Part shown: piece by piece, positions 1 to 8,782 of the stretch
How the letters are laid out: every line of letters begins with the position of its first letter
Position numbering within the stretch: the stretch's first letter is position 1
Assembly (NCBI GenBank): GCA_016861205.1
Contig: BOKX01000001.1
Span: forward strand, 895,835 to 959,834
DNA length: 64,000 nucleotides
Direction: 5' to 3'
From: Patescibacteria group bacterium
Lineage (GTDB): Bacteria; Patescibacteriota; Microgenomatia; UBA1400; PJMF01
Notes under the pieces: generated by a model
Told to the model about the DNA's origin: nothing
Databases searched by the model: none
What the model saw: only the letters and a program-made list of their open reading frames with translations
Made by a program: the position numbers and the translations under genes

Positions 1-2
1 TT

Positions 3-71
3 CAGCATGTTCCCCGCGCCGAAAACAAGCGCGCCGACGAGTTAGTCAACCAAGCTCTTGACGCGGCCTAG
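3..71 (+). CDS. rnhA: 3' end of ribonuclease HI-like protein (partial, runs off the window start)
   Basis: Reads QHVPRAENKRADELVNQALDAA*, matching the C-terminal HVPR..N..AD.L.N.ALD motif of RNase HI family proteins. Confidence 0.8.
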   Translation, partial: QHVPRAENKRADELVNQALDAA

Positions 72-126
72 AGGGTTGTCACCCAGCTACTGTACTTCGG
101 ACCCGCTTTTCTCCTAGAATAGCAAA

Positions 127-3105
127 GTGTCAGAGTTATTTATTACTCAAGTTGCAACAGATGAACCCACCGTTCTGCTTATTGGCGAGGGGTCTCTGGT
201 GGACGTGGTGAGTGATGTCACAGCGGCCATGGGCTTGCAAGTGGTGGTTGTCCCGCCCGCCAGCGACGCAGTACAGGCAGCTTTTCACCAAACCAGCGAG
301 TGGTACAAGATTTTTTTAATTCAAGACACAACTACCTTACAGCCAATCGATGACACGATTCTTGCAGATCTTTGGTCGAGACAAACACAAGTCACAGTGA
401 TTCTGGGTCAGCTTACCCCGATTTCAAGCACTCCCAATCAATGGGCCAGTTGGCAAGCAATTAGCTCCAGAGCTTTACAAACACTAGCGGCCGTGGAGGC
501 GAAGTTACCTAAAGCCAAAATTGTCGTAGTTCGCGACTGGATTGATCTGAGCGGCTGGCACGATGTTTTGGTTAGCTGGGGTGAGGCGACCGCAAACTTC
601 GCTTTTATAGATCCTCAGATAGATATATTTCCACTTCAAACAGAGTATTTGAGCGAGGCCCTATCAGAAAACATTTTCCGTCCGACTAGTCCAGCCAAGA
701 TGCTTATTCAAGGCCATGCGCTTTCGAGTCATCAGTTGTTGCATCAGTGTCAGACCGCCTATCACCGGCTTCATGGTATGACCCCAAGTATCCAGGCGCG
801 ACCCGTGGTTGGTCTGGAGCCTAGCGAAGCATATCTGCAACTGAGTGCTAAAAAACTACTCGATCTAAACCCCACCATTCAAAAAGTGAGTCGGCGCTGG
901 CCAAGTCCTAGCCAACTGAAGGCAGCTCGAACTGCCCCGGCGACCCTGGTGCCACCGACCTTGCCGCCCAAGCTGAACCGAGCCACCGACACTCTGGTAG
1001 TTACCAGTCCTGCCCCATCCGTGACTCCGACTGCACCTACTGAATCGGTCGCACCAACCATCACCAGGGAAAGCGCTCGGGTGACTATGCCGAGGCCAGT
1101 TCCTATTTCCAAATCAGATGCCAATCGAGCTAGTTCCCGACTCCGACCAAACCTCAGAACAGTTCCCCCGCGCAAATCTGAGTCGCTTGTTACCCAGCCC
1201 GAGGCAGAACTTGAGCAAGCCGTGGTATCCCTCTTTAGCACGTACCGAACTGATCACAAACGGTCTCAGACCGAAAAAATGGTCAAAGAAACGCGAAACA
1301 TCACCACTAGGAGTAAACGTCGTAAAAAGGTCTTTTTTCTAGGTTTGGCAGGCTTTGGCAGCCTAATACTCGTGACTGGGATGGCTGTTAGTTTTGTATT
1401 CGGTGGCTGGTTGTTGAAACACAACCTACAACACATTTTGGACACCTCAAGTGCGTCACAAGCTTGGGTCCCACTGGCAACGTGGCTGCAGTGGGAAAAC
1501 CAGCTGATCAGTGCGATCACACCACCCGGGTTTGGTGTGCAAGCTCGAGTCTTCAGTGAAGTTGTGTTCCGGAGCTTGAAGCTTCGGCCGCAGTTAATGA
1601 TTTGGCAACAACAACAGCTAAAACTGGTGAGCACCTTGCTAGGTGCTCCCGCCCTCACCAACAACGCACCCACCGTTTCGACAGAAAATCTCTATCAAGA
1701 ACTTTCGCAGTTGCAAGCCGCGCTCAAAGAAGTTCCGTTGGAAAGTCTGACAGCAAGTAATCAAGCGGCAGCTAGTGAGTTTCAAGCCTGGCTTGAGGCT
1801 GAACGTCAAGCCATGGCGGCATACCAACAGCTCCAGCCTTGGTGGCCAACTTTCTTCGGTCAGAATCAGCGGCGTGTGTATGCGATCGTGGTGCAAAATG
1901 AGCAAGAGTTGCGGCCAACTGGTGGTTTCATCCAGGCTTTAGCACTTCTAACTGTCGACAAAGGCACCATTGTTAACGTTCAGGTTTTTAGCAGCTATGA
2001 GCTAGATTCAAAGCAGACTGGCGAAGTGAAACCACCTGCCGACCTGCAAGCACAACTTGGCGAAAACCGATGGTTTTTGCGAGACGCCAACTGGAATCCC
2101 GACTTTCCCGCCACCGCCACCCAAATTAGCTGGTTTGTAGAACACAGTGGCGGTCAAAAACCAGACGGAGTAATTGGTTTAACCATTGAAGGCTGGCAAC
2201 AGCTAATTAAGGCCACTGGCCCAGTGGAGCTGACCCAGTTTAACGAAACAATTACAGACAGGAATCTCAACGAACGACTCGAGTTTCACTCAGAGATTCA
2301 GTTTGCAAACGCCAGTGATAAACCAGACTACACCTCGACGCTGCTCAAAACATTCTTAGGGCAGCTGGGTAGCCTCAGTGCTGAAAAACAGGGTGCGTTG
2401 GTCTCGGCTCTCGTCACAGGTTTAAAGCAACAAAACATCCTGTTTTCGATGGTAGACCCGGTTGAGAACCAGCCGTTGGCTGCGTTGGGTTGGGACGGAG
2501 CCCTGCTTAGTCCGGACTGTCCAACCCGACTGGCCGACAAAGAGTGTTTAGTTGATAGCATTGCTCAAGTTGAAACAAATGTCGGCATCAATAAAGCCAA
2601 CTACTATCTGGATCGACGGGTTACACATGAGGTGACGATTGAGGCCGACTCGGTCCGGCATCAACGTACATTGGTGCTCAAGAACACCGCTCAAACGAAC
2701 GCTTGGCCCAAAGGTGCCTACAAAACGTACCTACGATGGTACGTACCGGCTGATGCACAACTCGATGGGGTGACCATTAACGGCACTCCCCTCTCCCCTG
2801 CACACATCGGCCTGCAGCAGCAAAGTGGTAAAACAGTTTGGTCAATCGTGAGCGAAGTGCCTATCTTGTCAGAGTCAACTATTGTCGTGCAGTACCATCG
2901 CCCCCTCCCCCACTCCCGAGCGTTTGCCTATGCTTTCTTCGACCAAAAACAACCAGGAACGCAAGAATCTGCCCAAATCCAAATAAAGTATCCAAAAGAG
3001 TTGGTGCCACAGCTTGTTGCTCCTCAAGCAACGCTATCCCCCAGTGCGATTACTTTCACCGAGCCGAGCCTCACGCACCAAGTTGTAGGGGTCTCGTTTA
3101 AATAA
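127..3105 (+). CDS. DUF4012-family membrane-anchored protein with long N-terminal cytoplasmic region
   Basis: Motifs QNEQELRPTGGFI, RDANWNPDFP, DGVI, NKANYY and QKQPG; TM helix after a basic patch (KRRKK); Pro/Thr-rich linker; TAGAAT -10 element 6 nt before the GTG. Confidence 0.8.
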   Translation: MSELFITQVATDEPTVLLIGEGSLVDVVSDVTAAMGLQVVVVPPASDAVQAAFHQTSEWYKIFLIQDTTTLQPIDDTILADLWSRQTQVTVILGQLTPISSTPNQWASWQAISSRALQTLAAVEAKLPKAKIVVVRDWIDLSGWHDVLVSWGEATANFAFIDPQIDIFPLQTEYLSEALSENIFRPTSPAKMLIQGHALSSHQLLHQCQTAYHRLHGMTPSIQARPVVGLEPSEAYLQLSAKKLLDLNPTIQKVSRRWPSPSQLKAARTAPATLVPPTLPPKLNRATDTLVVTSPAPSVTPTAPTESVAPTITRESARVTMPRPVPISKSDANRASSRLRPNLRTVPPRKSESLVTQPEAELEQAVVSLFSTYRTDHKRSQTEKMVKETRNITTRSKRRKKVFFLGLAGFGSLILVTGMAVSFVFGGWLLKHNLQHILDTSSASQAWVPLATWLQWENQLISAITPPGFGVQARVFSEVVFRSLKLRPQLMIWQQQQLKLVSTLLGAPALTNNAPTVSTENLYQELSQLQAALKEVPLESLTASNQAAASEFQAWLEAERQAMAAYQQLQPWWPTFFGQNQRRVYAIVVQNEQELRPTGGFIQALALLTVDKGTIVNVQVFSSYELDSKQTGEVKPPADLQAQLGENRWFLRDANWNPDFPATATQISWFVEHSGGQKPDGVIGLTIEGWQQLIKATGPVELTQFNETITDRNLNERLEFHSEIQFANASDKPDYTSTLLKTFLGQLGSLSAEKQGALVSALVTGLKQQNILFSMVDPVENQPLAALGWDGALLSPDCPTRLADKECLVDSIAQVETNVGINKANYYLDRRVTHEVTIEADSVRHQRTLVLKNTAQTNAWPKGAYKTYLRWYVPADAQLDGVTINGTPLSPAHIGLQQQSGKTVWSIVSEVPILSESTIVVQYHRPLPHSRAFAYAFFDQKQPGTQESAQIQIKYPKELVPQLVAPQATLSPSAITFTEPSLTHQVVGVSFK

Positions 3106-3377
3106 AGATTGCTACATGGCGCCAAATAGCCGACAACGACCGTGAAAACAACACTCAAAAATTGCTTTCAGGCAGAAAAGCCGATTTTGATTGATACAGC
3201 AACCGTGAAAACTTTTCCAAAAAAAGCTACCTGGCACGTGACCTGGCTTGCCAATTAAGATTTTATTATATTTTTTTTAGTCGCTCTTGGCGGGAAATAT
3301 GCCGGTAGATCTTGCCAAAAAACCAGTCATCAAGTATACTTGCTTCCTTGTTTGCAAGTCTTTAGTTAGGACAATCT

Positions 3378-4040
3378 ATGGTTAACACGACATTTAACGT
3401 CAAACCTCGTCAAGAAGTAGGGAAGGCTGTCAAGAAATTGCGCCAAGCCCGTCAAGTTCCAGCCCAGATTATGGGTGCCATGGAACAGCCCATCTCAGTG
3501 GTGTTTGGTGAATCAGCTTTCATCAAGTTGTACGAGTCAGTTGGTGACACTGGTCTGGTGTATGTGTCTGTGGAAGGGGAGAGTAAACCCCACCCAGTTC
3601 TGATTGAGGAAGTGCAAGTTGACCCATTAACAGGTCAAGTTATGCACGTTTTGCTCAAGCAAGTGAACCTAAATGAAAAGATCGAGGCCGAAGTGCCAGT
3701 TGAACTGGTGAACGGCAAAGAAATCCCAGGTGCTGTTGTGATCACCGTCCGCGACGTGATCGAGGTGCAAGCCTTGCCAGCCGACCTGCCAGAGAAATTC
3801 GAGATCGACATCTCCGGTTTGACTGAAATTGGTCAAGATATCAAGTTTTCACAACTCAACTACGACAAGAGCAAAGTTAAGCTCATGCTTTCCGACGAAG
3901 AGCTCGACACCCCAGTGGTGCTGCTCCAGGCTGTGAAAGAAGAGGTCGAGGAAGCTCCAGTCGAGGCGCCAGCTGAAGGTGCCGAAGCCGGTGAGGCCGC
4001 GGCTGCCCCAGCTTCTGAAGCCGAAGCCAAGTCAGAGTAA
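3378..4040 (+). CDS. rplY: 50S ribosomal protein bL25/CTC (long form)
   Basis: GKAVKKLR..PA N-terminus, EVQVDP..H motif, TL5 C-domain (EVQALPADLPEKFEIDISGL), acidic Ala/Glu tail. Confidence 0.93.
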   Translation: MVNTTFNVKPRQEVGKAVKKLRQARQVPAQIMGAMEQPISVVFGESAFIKLYESVGDTGLVYVSVEGESKPHPVLIEEVQVDPLTGQVMHVLLKQVNLNEKIEAEVPVELVNGKEIPGAVVITVRDVIEVQALPADLPEKFEIDISGLTEIGQDIKFSQLNYDKSKVKLMLSDEELDTPVVLLQAVKEEVEEAPVEAPAEGAEAGEAAAAPASEAEAKSE

Positions 4041-4058
4041 ACATTTTTAGTGTAAAGT

Positions 4059-4086
4059 AAACCCCCACCTCGAGTGGGGGTTTTTG
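4059..4086 (+). terminator. Intrinsic terminator after rplY (possibly bidirectional)
   Basis: AAACCCCCAC-CTCGA-GTGGGGGTTT stem followed by a T tract, 19 nt after the rplY stop. Confidence 0.8.
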
Positions 4087-4199
4087 GTTCCAGCGTGTTT
4101 TTTTTCAAAGTACAGGCAGTGCTCTGGCGGGCTCGACAGCCCTAACATGCTGACACGGAACCAGAAGGACGTAAGTTAACTACTGGGGTTGATACCGGC

Positions 4200-4628
4200 T
4201 TAGTTGGCCTTAAAAACAGGGAAGTTGGGATCGATTGCCTTGGCTTGGAGCCACCATTGTGTAGCAGCCTGAGAGTCACCAAGTGCATTGGCTAAAATGG
4301 CCAGGTTAATGAGCACATCTCGATCGGTTGGTTGTTGCTGATGGAGGTCAAGATACTGAACATATGTGGTTTGGAGCTCAACAGGGGAGAGGCGACGAGT
4401 TTGGGTCAAAACACCAGATTGGGCAGTGATGGTAAGTGGCAGTTCAGTTTGGACAGAGTCAACTTGGGGAGAGCGGTATTGTGCCAAGCTGACTAACGCT
4501 AAGCCTAAAATGGCCAGCCAGCCAACCACGGCGGGACGCCACCAGTAACAGCCCCAGAACCAAATGGTCGACCACGCCACAGTCCAACCGAGGCGGAGAG
4601 CAAACCAGGCTTTGTGCAGTTGTGACAT
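4200..4628 (-). CDS. Small membrane protein with C-terminal TPR-like helix pair
   Basis: Hydrophobic N-terminus; PTDRDVLINLAILANALGDSQAATQWWLQAKAIDPN is TPR-like; ATG at 4628 lies just after the valS stop. Confidence 0.6.
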   Translation of the reverse strand: MSQLHKAWFALRLGWTVAWSTIWFWGCYWWRPAVVGWLAILGLALVSLAQYRSPQVDSVQTELPLTITAQSGVLTQTRRLSPVELQTTYVQYLDLHQQQPTDRDVLINLAILANALGDSQAATQWWLQAKAIDPNFPVFKAN

Positions 4629-4632
4629 GACG

Positions 4633-6888
4633 TTATTGTGCCGCAATTGGCCAGGGTGTGGCTACCAGGAGTTCTGATGTCTGGGGGTGAAGCTCCGCCC
4701 AGATAGCTTCAGTTACAAATGGGGCAAAAGGATGTAGTAGCTTCAAGAAAACATCTAGACCTGCCACCAAGACAGTGGGGGAGAGCTGGCCTTGTTTGGC
4801 ACTTTCGATGCACTCGTCGCAGTACCAGTGCCAAAACTCGGTATAGAGTGTATCAGCAGCTAGGCCCATCTTGAGGTCGTGCAGTTGCTGTGTCACTGTG
4901 GTGATGATTTCATCCAGATGCTGAGTGAAGGCTTCATCTTGGGGTAGGGTAGAGGTAGCTGCTGGGGCGGTTTCAGCTAGATTTTTGACAAATCGGGCGC
5001 CGTTCCATAGTTTGTTGGTGAAGTTTCTCATGGCCTTAAAATCGGCTTCTCCCACTGATTTATCTAGACCTGCCGTACTCCGAATAACTAAGGCCATTCT
5101 GAGGGCATCAGCGCCGTAGGACTCGATAATTGCCAGTGGGTTAATGACGTTGCCCTTGCTCTTGCTCATTTTCTGACCCTTTTGGTCGCGAACGAGACCA
5201 TGAAGATACACGTCGGTGAAGGGAACTTGATCAGTTAAAAACACCCCCATCATCAGCATGCGCATCACCCAGAAAGGCAAGATATCGTACCCAGTTTCCA
5301 TGACTGAGGTGGGGTAGAAGCGGTCGAAATCACCAGGTTTGTTAGTCTTGAGAGTGACGACTGGCCACTGCGCAGAGGAAAACCAGGTGTCAAAAGTGTC
5401 AGTTTCTTGAATGTAGTCGTCGCCTGGAGCCTCGACGCTGACAACATACTCGGCCTCGATGGGTGCCGACAGCTGCTGCAAGTTTTTAAGTGCAGTCTCG
5501 AGCTCACCAGGGTGTTGTTTGTCTTGCTCAAGCACGCCTTCCAGGCTTCGAGTTGCCCGATTTTGTTCGCGATCGATGTACGTCAGAGTCAGGCTTTTGT
5601 TTTTTTTGTTGGAAAGTTGATACCACACTGGCAAGCGGATTCCCCAGACAATTTGACGACTGATGTTCCAGTCTTTGAGATTGGCGAGCCAATGGTCCAA
5701 GATTTTGTCATGGCCTGCCCCGTGAATGGTGGTTTTGCCTTCTGACAGAGCAGCCTGGACAGGTTCAACGAGAGGTCTTACCTTGATGAAAAACTGTGCC
5801 AAGGGGATTTTTTCAATAACGGTACCACAGCGGTAACACACTCCGACGCGATTCACGTATTTGGAGTTGGTTTTTTCGGTGTCAATGTGCCCGCTGGCAG
5901 TCAAGTCGTCAATGATTTGCTGTCGCGCCGCGGCCAACTTCAAACCAGCATATTTGTCACCACCCAGAGCGGTGATCTTGCCAGTCGTATCGAGTGCAAG
6001 GCGGATTTCCAAGTGGTGGCGTTGACCAACTTCCCAGTCAGTGGCGTCGTGTGCTGGCGTGATTTTCACAACTCCAGTGCCAAACTCTGGATCGACAAAA
6101 CTGTCCTCGAGAATCGACATGGTTTCACCGGTTAGTGGATTGAGGACTTGCCGTCCAGCGTAGTTCTTGGTTTTGGGGTTGTCAGGATGAATGGCTAAAT
6201 GAGTGTCGGCAAAAATTGTCTCTGGTCGAGTGGTGGCCACAGTTAAGAACTCATCGGGCTTATCGATGAAAAAGTACTTCACGTACACAAGCGAGGTGAC
6301 TTGCTCGGTGTGGTTTACTTCTAGATCAGAATAACTAGTGCCACAGCGAGTGCAGTAATTCACCTGTCGCCATTGGCGGTAAACAAGTTCACGTTGGTGG
6401 AGTTTCTCGAAAGTCTGGAGCACAAACGCCACAACCTGAGGATCAAGTGTAAAGCGAAAACGGCTCCAATCGGCGCTTGCCCCGAGCTTCTTGAGTTGGT
6501 TAACGGCCACATCAGAGTTCTCTTGAACGTAGTCCCAGATCATCTGGTACAACGTGTTGCGGTCGAACTGGAACCGAGATTTGCCATCTTTCTTGAGTTT
6601 TTTTTCAAAGACAAACTGTGTTTCGATGCCGGCGTGGTCGGTGCCAGGAATCCAGACGGCGTCGTCACCCAGCATGCGATGAAATCGAACGAGAATGTCC
6701 TCAAGGGCCACAAACATGGCGTGACCAATATGCAGGGGGTCGTTGGCGTTGGGTGGCGGCATGATGACACTAAATGACTTGGCCCCGGTTCGCGTGGCGA
6801 GATAAGTGTCGGGATTAAATGCCTGAGTTTCGGTCCATTTGGCCGAGATGCGGTCTTCATGTTGTTGGTGATCGTAGCGAGAGTCCAT
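4633..6888 (-). CDS. valS: Valine--tRNA ligase (lacks C-terminal coiled-coil arm)
   Basis: PPPNAN..LHIGHA (HIGH), GTDHAGIETQ, ATTRPET editing domain, DWNISRQ, DTWFSS and KMSKS motifs. Confidence 0.97.
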   Translation of the reverse strand: MDSRYDHQQHEDRISAKWTETQAFNPDTYLATRTGAKSFSVIMPPPNANDPLHIGHAMFVALEDILVRFHRMLGDDAVWIPGTDHAGIETQFVFEKKLKKDGKSRFQFDRNTLYQMIWDYVQENSDVAVNQLKKLGASADWSRFRFTLDPQVVAFVLQTFEKLHQRELVYRQWRQVNYCTRCGTSYSDLEVNHTEQVTSLVYVKYFFIDKPDEFLTVATTRPETIFADTHLAIHPDNPKTKNYAGRQVLNPLTGETMSILEDSFVDPEFGTGVVKITPAHDATDWEVGQRHHLEIRLALDTTGKITALGGDKYAGLKLAAARQQIIDDLTASGHIDTEKTNSKYVNRVGVCYRCGTVIEKIPLAQFFIKVRPLVEPVQAALSEGKTTIHGAGHDKILDHWLANLKDWNISRQIVWGIRLPVWYQLSNKKNKSLTLTYIDREQNRATRSLEGVLEQDKQHPGELETALKNLQQLSAPIEAEYVVSVEAPGDDYIQETDTFDTWFSSAQWPVVTLKTNKPGDFDRFYPTSVMETGYDILPFWVMRMLMMGVFLTDQVPFTDVYLHGLVRDQKGQKMSKSKGNVINPLAIIESYGADALRMALVIRSTAGLDKSVGEADFKAMRNFTNKLWNGARFVKNLAETAPAATSTLPQDEAFTQHLDEIITTVTQQLHDLKMGLAADTLYTEFWHWYCDECIESAKQGQLSPTVLVAGLDVFLKLLHPFAPFVTEAIWAELHPQTSELLVATPWPIAAQ

Positions 6889-6918
6889 GAGGGGAATTAT
6901 ACCTCAGTGAGAGCAAAA

Positions 6919-8709
6919 TTACTGACCGACCCCTTGCAGGTACTTGGCTGACCAAGGAATGTAGTTTGATGTGTAAACTTCCTCGCGGAGCACTTGGCCG
7001 GTTTTGTCTTTGACAACATTTTTGAAGCTGGCTCGAATACCGCTGGCTGCCCAGTCAACTTGTTTGACGGTGCCGGCTGGCAGAGAAGGGTCGGGAATGT
7101 ACACGGCTGGTGGGGCCGGTCTGGCATCCCAAGTCTTGTGGTCAACGATTTCTGTAGTTCGGCCATCAGAAGTGCCGTAAAGTTCAACGCGCATGTACAG
7201 TTTTTTGCTGTCGGTTTGGGTGTGAATCAAGATGTGGTGGCCAGTATCGTTCTTAAATCGCAAGTCAACATCACCGCTGTACACGGTAGCGTCGACACCT
7301 GGCTTGCTGTCGAGTTCATAGTAACTAACGCGGTAACTATGCGCGCGACGCTTGGTGACTGGAAGACCGGCGTTGAGCACCGCTCGGAAAGTGGTGGTGC
7401 TGACTTGGCAAACGCCACCGCCGTCGCCAAGAACGGTTTGGCCACTGCGGATCACGTAGGCCGGTTGGAAACCAGTTTCTTTTGACACGTCACCTAAGGC
7501 TTTGTTAAACGAAAACTCTTCGCCAGGCTTGACCAGGTAGTTGTTGATTCTGGATGAGGCTAAAGCCACGTTGTGGATACGACTGGGGATTGAGTGGGCG
7601 TACTCACTTTCGCCAAGACCAATTCGTTCCTGAATACCCAACTTGTTGGTTTCCCCGAGTGATCGAGTTGGAGAGCTGGTGCTGAGTGGTAGTTCTTTCT
7701 CGAGTTGCTTAGTTTTAGAGGTTGGATCTAATGCCTCAAACTCAGCCAGTGACTGCTCGAGGGTGGTTTGAAAAGTGGCTGCATCAAGCTGAAGCCCATC
7801 ACGCGGCGGTGTGAAAGCGGTGACTTGCAGTGTGTCAGGATTGTAAGTGAACTCTGGTTCTTGAGGTTGCCGATCAATTTGTTTGGCAATCGATTGGGTT
7901 GTTTCTTCAAGTTTGTCTTGGTTGGTGCCTGTTGGAAAGGCGAGCCACCCAATCATGTCGCGGTCGCTTACGGCCGTTCGATACTCCCCATTCTTAAAAA
8001 AGATTGATTTACCAATTAATTTTAACGATCTATCCCTGGCTTGTTGCTGTTCGGTCTCGCTGAGCGGGGGTTGGGTAGCTTTAATAACGGCGGACCAGGT
8101 TTGGTTTTCTGGGCCAATGTTTTGAGCCAAGTTTGTCAAGGTGGCGGCTTCGTCAACCAAGAGACCTTGTTTGCCTGGCCGGATTTCTAAGCTACTAGCC
8201 ACACCGCTAGTCTTGAGGATTGCTGCAGGAAGTTCTCCAGGATCTTCAACCTGGGCGGCGAGAGTTTTGACGAACTCGGCCAATTTATCGGGATCAGCTT
8301 GGTACTTCGGTTGGTACCGAACGCCCTGATACCAGGTTTGAGCAATGATGAAGGGGCGGAATCGCCACTTGCCTTGGCGACCGTGTTGGTATGCCTGGCC
8401 AAGAGTGGTTTCAAAGTCATAACTAAACCCGAGTTGTGCGGAACTGGATGACAGGCTGGTGGTGTTGGCTGTGAGTGTGAGAACAGTGTCGGGAAGTGGG
8501 GAGAGGTTGTCAGCAATTTTGGCTCGCGCTTGCGAAAGTGTTAGACCACCAACGGGGACTGAATCGATCATGACACCTGGGTAGAAGCGGTTTTGAAAGT
8601 ACCAGAAAAAACTGACGGTGCTCACCAAGCCCAGGCTTAAACCCAACAAAATGGCCCAGCCCAGTTTTGGCATAATTTCTGTCTTCACCTTTGGTTTTGT
8701 TTTCGCCAT
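6919..8709 (-). CDS. VanW-family protein with peptidoglycan-binding domains and N-terminal TM anchor
   Basis: R.HNV, PGEEFSFN, GGGVCQVSTT, RRAHSYRVSYYE, G.DATV and DLRFKNDT motifs; start reset to the ATG at 8709 (MAKTK) to avoid overlapping the divergent gene. Confidence 0.9.
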   Translation of the reverse strand: MAKTKPKVKTEIMPKLGWAILLGLSLGLVSTVSFFWYFQNRFYPGVMIDSVPVGGLTLSQARAKIADNLSPLPDTVLTLTANTTSLSSSSAQLGFSYDFETTLGQAYQHGRQGKWRFRPFIIAQTWYQGVRYQPKYQADPDKLAEFVKTLAAQVEDPGELPAAILKTSGVASSLEIRPGKQGLLVDEAATLTNLAQNIGPENQTWSAVIKATQPPLSETEQQQARDRSLKLIGKSIFFKNGEYRTAVSDRDMIGWLAFPTGTNQDKLEETTQSIAKQIDRQPQEPEFTYNPDTLQVTAFTPPRDGLQLDAATFQTTLEQSLAEFEALDPTSKTKQLEKELPLSTSSPTRSLGETNKLGIQERIGLGESEYAHSIPSRIHNVALASSRINNYLVKPGEEFSFNKALGDVSKETGFQPAYVIRSGQTVLGDGGGVCQVSTTTFRAVLNAGLPVTKRRAHSYRVSYYELDSKPGVDATVYSGDVDLRFKNDTGHHILIHTQTDSKKLYMRVELYGTSDGRTTEIVDHKTWDARPAPPAVYIPDPSLPAGTVKQVDWAASGIRASFKNVVKDKTGQVLREEVYTSNYIPWSAKYLQGVGQ

Positions 8710-8730
8710 AATAACCACATACACTCTACC

Positions 8731-8756
8731 TTGAAGTAGGTAAAGTGTGGTACTAT
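8731..8756 (+). promoter_or_regulatory. Probable sigma70 promoter for the solute-binding protein gene
   Basis: Extended -10 TGGTACTAT in the short divergent gap; the upstream TTGAAG is closer than canonical spacing. Confidence 0.45.
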
Positions 8757-8782
8757 TGTGCCGAACTATCGGTCTTTCGTCC

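Noticed and set aside
4105-4200. Possible small RNA between rplY and the TPR gene
   Set aside because: Only short weak stems; no promoter or known motif recognised.
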